A stretch of 63,810 bases of DNA, counting the filler, from Octopus bimaculoides (taxonomy: Eukaryota): the NCBI RefSeq assembly GCF_001194135.2. It is 4 parts of 4 records of this genome, joined end to end, with 100 filler letters (N's around TTAATTAATTAA, not from the genome) between each part and the next. Parts side by side here need not be neighbours in the genome. Positions count along the whole stretch, not along the records: positions 1 to 23,124 come from NC_068984.1; positions 23,225 to 42,719 come from NC_068993.1; 2 more parts are not named here. One strand, written 5' to 3'. This document shows, in pieces, positions 22,478 through 36,100 of this stretch (positions are counted from its first letter, which is position 1; the number at the start of each line of letters is the position of its first letter). Under the pieces are notes generated by a model. The model searched no databases. It saw only the letters and a program-made list of their open reading frames with translations, and was not told the DNA's origin. The position numbers and the translations under genes were made by a program.

Positions 22478-22808
22478 TGGTCTACACAAAGAGGGGGATG
22501 TAAAATCATGAATGAAAATTAAATTTATATAACTTAAATCATAATAAAACAATTAACTATATTGTAAACATTTTATGAAACGTTAAAATCTAAGTAATTA
22601 TAGAGTCTAAAGAATAAGACTAAGAAACATAACTTAAATAACATATATGAAATAAGCTAAAATACTATAATTAAAATATTTATATTATTAATTTTATAAA
22701 AATTATAGTGTCATTAAAATATTAATGTACCAATAAATACACAATTAATAAATATAAATTATAACTACTACATTTAGTAAAGAAGGAATAGTATATACAT
22801 ACACACAC

Positions 22809-23124
22809 ATCATCATCATCGTTTAACGTCCGCTTTCCATGCTAGCATGGGTTGGACGATTTGACTGAGGACTGGTGAAACCGGATGGCAACACCAGGCT
22901 CCAATCTAATTTGGCAGAGTTTCTACAGCTGGATGCCCTTCCTAACGCCAACCACTCAGAGAGTGTAGTGGGTGCTTTTATGCATCACCCGCACGAAAAC
23001 GGTCACACTCGAAATGGTGTCTTTTATGTGCCACCCGCACAAGAGCCAGTCCAGGGGCACTGGCAACGATCTCACTCGAAAACCCTACAAGGCCAGTCAG
23101 GCGGTACTGGCAACGGTCACGCTC
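22809..23124 (-). mobile_element. Solo 3' UTR/tail of the RTE family
   Basis: CATCATCATCGTTTAACGTCCGC... is the reverse complement of the 8640-8859 and 12695-13038 tails. Confidence 0.92.
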
Positions 23125-23224
23125 NNNNNNNNNNNNNNNNNNNNNNNNNNNNNNNNNNNNNNNNNNNNTTAATTAATTAANNNNNNNNNNNNNNNNNNNN
23201 NNNNNNNNNNNNNNNNNNNNNNNN

Positions 23225-23265
<41 letters not shown>

Positions 23266-24779
23266 ACCACTCCGGCACACACACACATGTATATGTGTAT
23301 GCTCCCACATTTTTGTCTACCTATGTATTTATATGTCTTTTATATTTTCAGATTTGTAATTCTATTTTGCTTTTAGTATACGAATTGTTGATAAAAACAA
23401 TTTCTTTCTTACAATTACTTTTTACATGTCACTTTTTTTTTTGTTTTTTTTGCATTACGTTTGTTTTGGATTTTGTTAGAAAACATCAAAACATATTCAA
23501 TATTTTATTGTACTATTAATCATTTATATTATGTCAATAAAACATACACCACATTTTTTTCATTCCGTACAACTAAAGATAAAGGAAAAACAATATGATA
23601 AAAATTATCGATGATCAATAAGAGATACAAAAACGAAACGGAAATATTATTGCGATATGTAACAGTACTATTTTATAAATTAGCTTCATTATGGATTTTC
23701 AGGTTATAAATTGGAACTTAGTAAGAGATGCGTGAAAAAATATCCTTGTACATAAAACATTCTGAACAATGAAGCATGATCTCTGTTCATTGATTGCAGG
23801 AAAAGAATGCTTGAGTCGTCCAGGTTGTAGTTTATCATATTACCACCTGTCCTGTAGTTGGTTGTTTAGTATTTCTAGTCCGATATTTCGTTGTATCTCT
23901 AGGAAGAGCCATTGTCAAGCTGTTATATTCGGAATATGCTAGATCAGTAGTTATCAACTATTATTTTTCCTCTATGAAAGCCTTTCATTACTATTTTATT
24001 CTGGTGGATACCCCATAGCCATTCTATGTTGAAAGAATAGTTTTATAGTTAATTCTTTCAGCATTCTTATTTTGCTTTCCACACATTAACTTGTGTAGTG
24101 TGAACTACGGCAGAGAAAGAAACATAACTTTTTCTTGCAATAAATACATTTAAGTAAAATGTTTCATAGACCCCATAAACTACTGCTGTCGACCCAAATT
24201 ACTATTTTGCATATGTGAATCCCAAAGATCTTATTTGGACCACAAGTGTTCATACTGTTTCGAGTATGCCACTTATATTCCGTATCGATAACGATCATTA
24301 ATACGAATATGAAAAAGTAGATGTTAAACACATTACTTTTGTATCCATCGAAACGAAATAAATCTTCGTGAAATACAATTTACGTCACTTATATATACAG
24401 CTTCGTACATAATCACATAAAATTTTTATTCTGGTAATTAATATCCGGCCTTAAAAAGCGTACCCTTATGTAACTTTCGTCATGCTTGTCATAGATTTGT
24501 TTTCTCTTCTTGTAAAAAGCGTTATGCTTCTTAATATTACCAGCTGTACAAGTGATTTAAAATTGCACAACAATTCTTATTTAGATGAACAGGGATTTTA
24601 AAAGCGTACTTTAAGTCTTTAGAAAATTCATACCAATGTTGGAGCTTCTTCAGGAATATGTTATGCGTAATGTTGCTATACAGATATATGGTAACAAAAC
24701 TTTTTTTTTAAAAAGCACTTTTTAAATTCAAAACAGGTCAATAATATTTTAAATTTAAAACAGGTCAATGATAACATAC

Positions 24780-25291
24780 GCATAGTGCGTTCTAAGTTCA
24801 TATCCCACCGAAATCAGCATTGCTTATCATCACTCCTAGTCTATTAAGAAATACCAGTCACTAACTGGGACCTATTATATTGACTAACCCACATCATCTC
24901 AATATCATTGACCTTTTTAAATTTCCATCGAAAATGTGCTGGTAATTTTTAACTATACTTACTACTTAAGGTAGGTATTTGATCGCTAGCTATTTGATCT
25001 CTAATTGGTTTCCGGTGCTCCGCTATATGAAAAGTAATGGGAAGCGATGAGTTAAGTGATCGCAGTTGCGTGTTTGATAATAGACAAACAGTAATTCGAC
25101 CTATTAATCCTATATATTGCTAGGAAGAGTCATTACAACAATATTAATAACATACACATTGTGGGTTCTGAGTTCATACCCCTCCGAAATCATCATTGCT
25201 TGACATCTCTCCTAGGTCATTAAGAAGTACCAGTCACTAACTGGGACCTATTATATTGACTAAACCATATCATCTCAATTTCATTGACCTT
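24780..25291 (+). repeat. Two ~130-150 bp direct repeats derived from SINE family B core
   Basis: 24791-24918 and 25167-25291 share TACCAGTCACTAACTGGGACCTATTATATTGACTAA. Confidence 0.8.
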
Positions 25292-25842
25292 ATGCCTAAA
25301 CCAAAACCTATTCCTGCTTTTTTACCACCTGAGATTAAATCCAACCGAAGTTATCTTTCCCTTCCATCCACCCAGGTTCAATATAAAGATGTACCTTTGG
25401 CTTACAGATGTTGATAGCAGAGACTACGCACCTTTTCTGCATATTGTTGTACTCGTGTCTACATCAGAAATATTCATAATTTTAATTTTTTCAGGGTCAA
25501 CTTTTCATTTTGTTCCATCATGGTCGATAACGTAAAGTTCCCAGCAGCTGCTGGATTCAATGATTCCAAAAGAATTCGCTTCCTTAAAATTTGTCGGTCT
25601 TGTACAGAGATAAGAAACACATTATTTCTAGATGTCGAGGAGTCCTGTATTTCAGCCACGTTGCCTAATTTCACATACGATCGAAATGTAACGGAGTTCT
25701 GTATTTTATGTACTAATTGTATTGAACATATGGTATCATAATTACAAGCCTATGATCTAACAGGCGCGTCCCGGCGTCGGGTAAAATGCTTTTCAAAATT
25801 TGCACCAGCACTCAATAACCTAAGTTCGAAAACCTACGCCCA

Positions 25843-25872
25843 AGGCCCCGGGTTCAATCCCCGGCATCTCCA
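25843..25872 (+). pseudogene. tRNA 3' half (tRNA-Ala-like) followed by T-run
   Basis: AGGCCCCGGGTTCAATCCCCGGCATCTCCA = variable loop, T-arm and acceptor 3' strand as in metazoan tRNA-Ala; T11 run at 25876-25886; no 5' half found upstream. Confidence 0.75.
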
Positions 25873-25887
25873 TGATTTTTTTTTTTA

Positions 25888-26305
25888 TAGGCGTAGGAGT
25901 GGCTGTGTGGTAAGTAGCTTGCTCACCAACCACATGGTCCCGGGTTTAGTCCCACTGCGCGGCATCATGGGCAAGTGTCTTCTACTATAGCCTCGGCCCG
26001 ACCAAATCCTTGTGAGTGGATTTGGTAGACGGAAACTGAAAGAAGCCCGTCGTATATATGTATATATATGTTTGTGTGTCTGTGTGTGTGTGTTTGTGTG
26101 TCTGTCCCCCCAATATCGCTTGACAACCGATGCTGGTGTGTTTATGTCCCCGTAACTTAGTGGTTCAGCAAAAGAGACTGATAGAATAAGTACTAGGCTT
26201 CTAAAGAATAAGTCCTGGGGTCGATTTGCTCGACTAAAGGCGGTGCTCCAGCATGGCCACAGTCAAAAGACTGAAACAAGTAAAAGAGTAAACGAGTATA
26301 AAAGA
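25888..26305 (+). mobile_element. SINE family A, near full length
   Basis: Complete head, central (TA/GT) microsatellite, body and (AAAAGAG)n-like tail. Confidence 0.93.
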
Positions 26306-26514
26306 GTAGCAGCCCGTACCGGAATCGATATACATCTCTCGCTTACCATGGCAAACTATCTTTCTCATGCTTCCTTTATCCCTGTGTCTCCATCGATTTA
26401 GAAGAGTCACAGATATATATTTCGTCTCGATAGTAGTTTTAGGACAACATCATGAGTTCAGTTCGTATTGCAAACTGAAACGACAGTAATTTTTATGTAT
26501 ACACACATTACCAT

Positions 26515-26541
26515 ATCTATCTATCTATCTATCTACCTATC

Positions 26542-26599
<58 letters not shown>

Positions 26600-26700
26600 A
26601 CTGTCTTTCTGTCTGTTTATCTGTCTATGGTTCTATCTATATAGTAATCTTTTAATCTGCCTGCTTGTCTGTCTGTCAGACTGCCTCTCAGCCTGTCTAG

Positions 26701-26740
<40 letters not shown>

Positions 26741-26742
26741 TT
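26515..26742. repeat. (ATCT)n / (GTCT)n compound microsatellite
   Basis: Direct inspection. Confidence 0.9.
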
Positions 26743-27424
26743 ATGAGTGGGTGTAAATGTTTCTATATATACAAGCATTTGTGTAACTTACTGTATATAT
26801 AAATCGTGCGTGTGCGTGTGTGTGTGTATTTTGTATTATGCTGTACACAGTCACACGTATTTATACGCACGCATACACACTTATACATATAAACGCATAT
26901 ATATTTATATGCAAAAGCGGTTTATGAAACAGGTCATGGCAATGTCAAATGTGAGTCAGAATATATTTACATTTGGTAGTTTGTGTGAACGTAGAGAATG
27001 TTTCAAATACTTATATGTCATGATTGTGGTGGAAATACAGATAAACGCATCCCACTTGAGAGACACTACTAGGAAGCATGCTTTGTAATCCAAACAACGT
27101 GACTACTCATATCAATTTGCATGTTTACAGGTCTCCCGTTCGGTACTAATCAGGTAAATGCTTCCATAGGGGCAGTTATATCAACACTATTCAAACAATC
27201 CTGACCACGGTAACATAACAACTGTAAAAAGGAACGCTATAAACAAACATGTTAAAACGTAGCTGTAGCTGTGGACATATGGTGGAGACGGTGTGAGTGT
27301 ACCATTTCAAATTACAATAGTCGGAAAGAGAGAATAGAATGAAAGAACGGTCGAATAATAGAACTGGTCACGGGGATTCCGCCTTAGTCTATATACAACT
27401 GTATGCAAAGCATTTTGACCGTGT

Positions 27425-27483
27425 ATATCTATCAATCTATGTATCTATTGATCTAAATATCTCTCTCTATATATATCTATATG

Positions 27484-27554
<71 letters not shown>

Positions 27555-27785
27555 ATCTATCTATATATCTACTTGTCTATGAATCTACCTACCTACACTA
27601 TCTCTTTATGTTACTAGGTATCTTTCTCTAAATGTATGTGTGTGTGCGTGTGTGTGTATGTGTGTGCGTGTGTCTGTATTTATGTGTGAGTGCTGTTTGG
27701 TGTTTGTGTACTTGTATATCGTCCATGAATACACGTATGTACATTTACATAGATATAAACGTATGTACGTGCATCCGTTGAGGAA

Positions 27786-27839
<54 letters not shown>

Positions 27840-27950
27840 GTATATATATATGTGTTCGTGTGTGTGCGTGCATGTGTGTGTGTGTGTGTGCACGCGCGCA
27901 CAAACACACAAACACATACACATACAAACATACATGTATGTATAAACACT
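27425..27950. repeat. Compound (CT)n, (GT)n, (AT)n, (CA)n microsatellites
   Basis: Direct inspection. Confidence 0.9.
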
Positions 27951-28723
27951 CACAGAAACGTTGTTTACGAGGAAGAGAAAGATCAAAAAATCAATAAATA
28001 GTGCAGTGTATAATGATATCTTTCCGACAGATGCTTTCTGACCTTATTTCAATCCATGAATGTTCGATCAATCAAGCGAACATATTATTCTGTAATGCAA
28101 AATATGTCTTTATCCAAGATGGCGTCGAGATCTCAGTGTACCGTTCGTTAAAAAACACGATGTGTGTTATGTTGCAAGTTTGGTGGGATATTTTGAAACA
28201 ATAAACAATAGTTTTTGAAGGGAATATAATTCAACGTTCGATGTTTATGATTATTCGACGATTAACTACATTTTATCTCAGTTTCCCGTTTGATATTCAT
28301 GAAATTACTTGAAATTTTTCGTGACATATTATGGAGAGAATATGTTTATCTTTAGCTTGTGGATACCTAGATTAGACCTATTATTTAAATTCAGCATTTT
28401 GCGTAATTTTCTGCCCAATTTTACATTTCAGATACGTTACCCTGTGAATCAGTTTTTAGATTCGTTGAATTCGCATGTCAAAATCCTTTCGTATATGAAT
28501 ATAACTTAAGGTGTACAACCTGTGTTTAATTTCAACATTCGTTTTTTCATTTTTTTTTCTTATCATAGAAACGGTGTATATGCCCCTACATTTAAAGGTG
28601 ATATCGTTTAGGCGTGTATGCGGCTTTAATATTGTTTTTACTGGTTGTCTTTAGATATTTGTAAACGTATGTTAACTGTACGTCTAGTGATGTCCTTAAT
28701 ATGCATTATACATGCATACGCGC

Positions 28724-28724
<1 letters not shown>

Positions 28725-28761
<37 letters not shown>

Positions 28762-28816
28762 ACATATATGTAGATAGATACATAGGTAGACAGAGAGACC
28801 TTCAAACAGACAGACG

Positions 28817-28891
<75 letters not shown>

Positions 28892-28892
28892 G
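28725..28892. repeat. (CA)n and (GATA)n microsatellites
   Basis: Direct inspection. Confidence 0.9.
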
Positions 28893-31800
28893 CGAAGCGA
28901 AGAGGCACGTATTAATTTATGAAATGTTCAAACAAGGTTTGCCTACACATTTTGGATATACTATGGCTGGAGAAACATAACATAGTACATTCTACTGCGT
29001 TTATGTAATTTTAGTAAGGTGTTTTAAAAGTGATAATATATGGGAAGCCTTTCTATTTCGTGACGGTTTATGTTCTCTTTGATAAGATAATCGATAATCA
29101 TCAGCTGATGTTGTCTTCAATGTGTTATGTGACATTCGGAGCCCAGCTGGAGCTCCTATTGATACGTTTGATTCTTGCGACATCTCGGAAATTTACTTAC
29201 TTCCTGTTTATTATTACTGCTAATTTGGCTATGGAAATCGTAAAAGTGATAATTTCTGATTAAATCCATCTCCATTACTTATGTTTACTTGTTATAGCAT
29301 AAAATAAGACCATTGTCCCAAGACGTCCTGGATAAAGTCCTCTGCCTTGCAGAGAAGCACATGTAAGGTAACATAACAGGTCTCTCGGAAAGGAAAGAAA
29401 TTCACGACTGATTTATGGAAATACGAAACAACGAGCAAACAGGCACAAAATGAGGATTAGAATTACTTCACAAATGTAGAAAGCTTTGCACAATATGACC
29501 CTAAAATTGATATTTTATATATCCCTGAAGCTCCTTTCAGAAAAAAATTGTAGCAGAATTTTCTTTACCATAGATTCTGCTTTCATACAGTAGCTCTACT
29601 TCATTATGGAAATGAAGCAGAAGTTACGCTATTGAAAAAACTAATTCGATGGAGATTCCGTTCCAGGTTTGGACTAGCAACTTATCCACTGATGGTAAAA
29701 TGTTATGGTAATGCCTGCTTGCTTTTTTGGGACCGAAATTATAGAAGGAGCTTGATGAACAGCATGTTTTAGTGGGGAAAAAACTAACGCATGTTTGAAG
29801 CTAATATTCACTGAATCACATCTAGAACGAGCTAAAAAAAATTTAAGCCAGCCCTTTGTATCTCCTTCGTAGAGGAAAACATTGATTCAATAGCAACGAA
29901 GTAAATCCAATGCTGAAATCTCAAGGGATACAGAAGTTGTGGTGCGATGCATGAATCTCGGCTACCTGGAAACATTCCATCTGTAATCATTCCATTGCAA
30001 TTGTGAATCATCCGGGGTCTTTAGTTATGTTGTCAGTCTCAGAATGACTGTAGTTGTGTACATGCAAACTTATTTACTTTGACTCAATAGAATTTCTGGT
30101 ATGTAATTCCTGTGCATTCGGTGCATATTAGGTTGTCTGTTTCCTTTGCATTTAATTTTATATGAAAATACATAGATGTGTAAAGAGAATGTGCGCGCGT
30201 GTCTCCGTATGTGTATGCGAGTGTGTGTCCCTTTTCAATGTACTGCTAAGGAATAGGGGTATTATTCTATTTCTATGGGCTTTTCCTAACGGTGCTTCTC
30301 TCCTAATGGTTTAATCACAATGGACAAAGATGTTTTTCGACCGATCTGATGATAGCAGTATTCGTCCAGTATATGTAGGTTCTTCATTATTAAATATTTC
30401 ATGTTATTGATAACTCTCCGATTTTATAATTTATCTGAATTTTTGAAATATCTACTTAGCATCTCTCTAAACAAGTATTCGTTATTTTATCTTGAAGAAC
30501 TTTCTGAAGTACACCAGTTCATACTTTATAATACCAAGTATTTTACACAGAAGATATTTAAATTATTTTCTCTTAGAAGAAATAACCCTTTTTCCTTTGA
30601 GTTTCTTTCAAGCTGGTGCTCCGGCATGGCCGCTGTCAATCCACTGAATCAAGTTAAAGAATAATATTTGTGCTACAGCATTTGGATTGTGCTCTGTAGA
30701 TGCCGTTTTCTTCACCGTTGTTCCTATCATATTTTATTTGTTTATATTTTTATTAACATTCCTCAATTGTAATAACTTTCTAAACCAAAGTTTATGGCAT
30801 TTCCCCTACCGTATCTAAGCACTATAAAGCTGGTTATTCCATGGTTTGACATGTGGCAACTATATTCGTATATATGAAAAACACGACAGTGTGTAACGCT
30901 AACATTTGCATAGATAACAGTTTGAAACACTATCAGAAGGGCTCTAGTGTTCCGTCCGTCGTTCTCATCGTATTCAATTATTGTATTGCCGATTACTTAC
31001 TGAAATGCTCATTCATATTGTTTGTGTTGCATTCCCTCTTTTCACTATTGGATGCATGTTTTCTTTTTTCCACGTGAATACATAGCTTTTGTAATCATAG
31101 AAATGTAAAGGATTTGCATGTTTCATGTGTTATATATGTGAAGTTTTAGGAGAAATTAGGTTTCGTCAGCACTGACAATGGGGATTTCTTTTCTCTCATT
31201 CAGCTATTAACTTACCTTTTTTTTACTACGTTCGTCATTAAATATCTTGGCAGTTATTCTTTGGCTAGCTCGAATACAGTTACTTTGTCATGTACGGGTG
31301 GCTATCGTTTTTTTTTTTCTCGTGGTATCTGTGATTTTTTTCACGTTGTTATTTCTTCTGAAATTTCTTCAAGTGTTACACGTTGCCGTGGTTATGCATC
31401 ATCCACTGGACATTTATCTTCTTCGCAGCCTTCTAAATATATTATTTTCTATTGATTTCTCTTAATGTTGTCGTTGCATTTATTTTGTTTACGGTTTTAC
31501 CCAGTTTTTGGTAAAATTGCTCCTTGTTATTGGCGATCATTTTGTTCCCTTCAAACAACTGTTGCTGCTTTTGAAGAACAATGATTTGGTTTGGGAATCA
31601 GTAAAGATCTTTTTCTTCAGTCGTTTCTTTCTTTATTCATAAAGGGTACTTCTTTATTGTTATTATATACTTTTTGCAGCAGTTCTTTCTGAATCTTTCC
31701 TTTTATTTATAGTCTTTTTTTTCCTTCTTGCTTTCAAGATTGACGCAGTAATAATTTGTTTTGTCTTGCTTTATCTTTATTTGATAGATTTCCACAATGT

Positions 31801-32436
31801 TTATTTCAGGCTAGAAATTCTTATCCGAAAGGTTTTGGATACGTATTCTGTTTCCATTGTGATTACTGGCAGTCACTTCACATCAATGTGATCGGTTTGT
31901 ATACTTTATTGAGTTTTTGTTATTTTTAGTTTTGTGTTGTTTCTTTTTGCTTCGTTCATCTAAAATATTTTAAGATAATGTTAATTATTTTAGTTATTAG
32001 CTCTTTTAAATTAATATCGTACAGTCAGTGGGATTTCAGATGTAACTACAAACAAGCATTTTATCGATTGCCAGGTTATTTTTAATAGTATATTCTACAT
32101 GCATCACGGCATATTTATGAATGAAGGACGTGCTACATTCAGTACAGCACCTGTGAAAATGCTTCGAAGGTGTCAGTTAGGTCCCTAAAATTGGACCACA
32201 TTTGAATTCCGCTTCTACATTTCGCTGCTCAAACACTGAAGTAACAACAAATATGGTTCAATCGAAAATAGCTCTCCCTCCAAATATATGGTCCTATTAC
32301 TATATTGAAAAACATTGCTATTATGTCTATTATTTATATGAAAAGTTATCTAAATAATTCGCTTGTTCTGCTTTTATATGATTGTTGTTTAGTGTGACAA
32401 AATAGAGTCATATGTAATTTTAATCTGAGGTAGCAA

Positions 32437-32655
32437 AGGTGGCGAGCTGGCAGAAACGTTAGCACGCCGCCCAAAATGCTTCGTGGTATTTTGTCCATCT
32501 TTTCGTTCTGAGTTCAAATTCCGCCGAGGTCAACTTTGTCTTTCATCCTTTTGGGATTGATTAAATTAAGTACCAGTTGCGTAGCGGGGCCGATCTAATC
32601 AACTGGCCCCCTCCTCCAAAATTTCGAGGCTTGTGCCTAGAGTGGAAAAGAATAT
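32437..32655 (+). mobile_element. SINE family B, full length
   Basis: GGCGAGCTGGCAGAAACGTTAGCACG...TTCTGAGTTCAAATTCCGCCGAGGTC...AAGTACCAGTT...GCTTGTGCCTAGAGTGGAAA. Confidence 0.9.
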
Positions 32656-32795
32656 GAGGCAGCGAGCTAAGTCGACGGTCTAACATAACCGTTAGCACGT
32701 CGAGCAAAATGCTAAGTGGCATTTCTTCCAGCCTTACGTTCTGAGTTCAAATGCTGCCGAGGTTGACTTTGCCTTTCATCCCTTCCTGGGTTCAT
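32656..32795 (+). mobile_element. SINE family B, second tandem copy, 3'-truncated
   Basis: Repeats head and core (GTTCTGAGTTCAAATGCTGCCGAGGTTGACTTTGCC). Confidence 0.85.
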
Positions 32796-33117
32796 ATATT
32801 CGAATTATTCCCGCCTCCAAAATTCCTGGCCATGTGCCAAAACTTGAAATCTGAGAATATGATTGTCAACATGCACAGAGTACCACACATTATACGCGGT
32901 GCGGGTATAGTCGCTTGTGTCAAATCTAATGTTTCGGCCTGAGGATGATGGAGATCACTGTCAATCCCAGTGGAATTTAAGCATGAAACTTTTAATAGAA
33001 ACTCGTAAAAGTCAAGTAGCATAACTTGGAAACTCAATCGATACCATCAAAGATATATTAAACGACCGCATGGAATTAAAACACAAACACACACACTAAC
33101 ACATAAATATGTAAGTA

Positions 33118-33172
<55 letters not shown>

Positions 33173-36100
33173 TTGTGTTTGTGTGTGTGTGCGTGTGTGT
33201 TTTCAAATTTATTGCACAGCTTCTGAGAACGAAACTTTCAATAGAAATATTGACTGGGACGAGATACTCTGGTGGAAAAAAAACTTGTCCCTCAATGACA
33301 TGTCATGAAATCGAACCTGGCAAGACACAGTTTAGAAACAATGTAAATCACTGCATACATCCAAAATAATTGAACAAATGAAAAACCGCGATGTTAATTT
33401 CCATGCAAAAGATAAAACTTTTCTTTTTGGAGAAATTCCCAGACTTCTGAGGAAGAACCAGAATTGTTGATCAGTTCCGCCGAATACCATCGTGTATGAA
33501 CGAATACCGTCTAGGTCATTGCAACCTTTGTTGTTTGTTTGTTTGTTTGTTATTGTTTTTTTGAGAAACCATAGACTTATTATTTATTTATTTATTTATT
33601 TCATCAGTCATGGATTAATAAAATAAAACAGAAATACAATTGATTGCACCGTACATGGTCGGAATTTTGAAATTGATCCGTCACAAATGTGTCACATCAA
33701 CATTCTCTGCCCCTCACCTTATTTCTTCCTCTTTCCACATTCCTTTTCACACATTCCCTCTCCCGACCTCTCCTCTATCCTTTCCCTGTCTTTCTCAATC
33801 TGAAGGGAAATCAACGGAACGCAGTCCGTTCCGTTGTCTGCAGCCGCAGCTGAGTCTATTTTTTAATGTTAAAGCGAACAGTAAGCGCATGAAAATACCC
33901 GGTAACTTTTATCATTTGTTTGTTTAATTCTATATCCTTTGTTTTTCCTTCCTTTTTTTGTACACTTTCGATTTTGTATCTTCTGTTGGTGCAGTTGTTT
34001 TTATAATTTTTTTTTTCGTTATTTCTTGTGGAACGTTAGCATAAAATCTCACACATTTTTCCCATATAACATTAAATCTATTTTTCCCTCTGCTTGCTGT
34101 TGTTTGTTTTGTTCTTTACTGTAACTATATGACAGCGATGAAGTACGGTTTGAACTCAGTCCACCTCATCTTCTGTTGAGAGAACCAGCTGTTTGTCATG
34201 AGCAACGTGATTGTAATCACAAATTAGCTCACATTACTTTTTCCGATTCGTAAGCCTTGGAGGATGAACCGAACTGTGCACTAGGTTTTCCTTAACTACG
34301 CGTGTATACATCACATAACTATTTACAGTCAAGCTTTCGTAGACGCACTTCTGTAAATAAATATTGGAAGTCTCGCATAAATTCATAAAATATTATACAT
34401 TTGTATATACCGTGTAAACTAACACATGTCTTTGACTACCATTTTTTATACTCCTTACAATCTTGTAATAAGTGTTAATAAATTAATTTATATTCTCTAT
34501 GACAACAGTCGTAATTATTTCTTTTAACTTCTAGAATAATATGGTAAATGTTACAAAGTGATATATAGCAACTGATAATTAAAAGCCTGGCACATATGCA
34601 TCTAAAACATATTCCGCATATACTATACAAGCCTCAACGCCTTATAAAAAAATACTATATTAGCATTTGACGTGGATAAGAGTAATATGCTGGGTTGAAA
34701 AGAAGTGATGTATAAGAATCATAAACTTATGATTTAGAATGAGCTGCACTTCAGATATAATGCCAAATTTTCCAAAGACAAGATGAGCCATCTTTGTTTG
34801 TGACTGATACACGTTTGTTATAAATTTATTTCAGTCTTTTTCCAAGTTCGAGAGTTATATTTATTACTAGGTAATTCTAGTCTTTTCACGTAACATACCT
34901 AACCATAATACATTTATTTAGAGATATTTAGGGCATCCTTAGAGCATTTGTATGTTAATAATTTTGAAATCACCTTCGTGCATTTCTAAATCTGTCTTCG
35001 GTCCCATTCCACATTTATGATAGTTTAATGACCAGGGTCTCTAGTACTTTGTTCTCCCAATCTAGCATACTACCGCCATCACCAATGTAGCTGCGAGACG
35101 ATGGGCACAACTAAACATTATGACCTCTAGTCAAATATGTGCTACGGAAGGGTCACTTTCTCTTTTAGAGATTCACACTGCTGCATATGCTTATTACACA
35201 AAGTACAAGGTGAATTTGATTTGATAATCCTCATATAGGAGTATGTTGGATCTGTTGCAATGAAGTTGTAACGCTGGCACCTGGAATCTCATCCAGTTGT
35301 TGCCCGCTACTTTCTATTATTTTCGGCTACTTAACTTTTATCTAGAAAAAAAAATATGTTCTGAAATAACTGTTTTTTTTTTTTTCTTGTTTTTTTCGAA
35401 ATGTGTAAAATTTTTTGATCTGCACTGCTTTGTTCATGGAACACCGACCCATGAATGTCTCATTGCTTTCGTAGAGAGGATTTTCTCATCTACGAACCTA
35501 ATGCCACGCATATATTCATGTTCAATTCCTGCACTCGCTATCTACTATTAATTTGTCTGAAAGCGGACGATGGTCCTAAGTATAACTTCTGTGATACTTG
35601 TTTACTCTTTCACGATATACAGCGTAGTAAGTGTATGCAACACCAATTCGACAGCGTCATCAGTTTTGATGGGCTACCTCGTCTTGTTTCTGAGCATAAA
35701 AACCAGATTCACATTTCTTTATGCCCTACCATGGTAGGGCATTTATAGCGGCACATGTCACTCAGTGTTCCTTTTAACTCATCGACAGAACGCATAAATT
35801 GGACTTTCATCGTTTTCCAAACAAAATCAATGAATTAGTAAATAAATTTAATCTTGTTTTCGTGCATTGAGGTTGTTCTTATCGTATATCCTACTTATTC
35901 GATATATATATCTCGACACCAATCCAGGTCCGTCGTTTCCCTATAGCTAATAACATGGTCAATGAAAAGGGAGAAGTACTTACAGATATTGAATTGATAA
36001 TGAAATATCACCTAAAATCTAATATTCAACAATAAAATATGAAGATTTGTCACATCAAATCTAACTGCTGTAGACTTAGAGGAAACGGATACAAGACTAA

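Noticed and set aside
22861-22890. CUGAGGA CUGGU GAAAC in the antisense of the RTE tail
   Set aside because: No stem II, no GUH site; coincidental.
23169-23180. TTAATTAATTAA islands between N runs (also 42764-42775 and 50875-50886)
   Set aside because: Identical 12-mer always flanked by gaps; an assembly or linker artefact, not biology.
29500-29800. Weak resemblance to an OTU-like DG-x-C-L motif (STDGKMLW..NACLLF)
   Set aside because: Catalytic Cys absent, frameshifts needed; cannot be supported without an HMM search.
32930-33000. CUGAGGA...long hairpin...CAUGAAAC
   Set aside because: Core register off by one, no stem III GUH or stem I partner.
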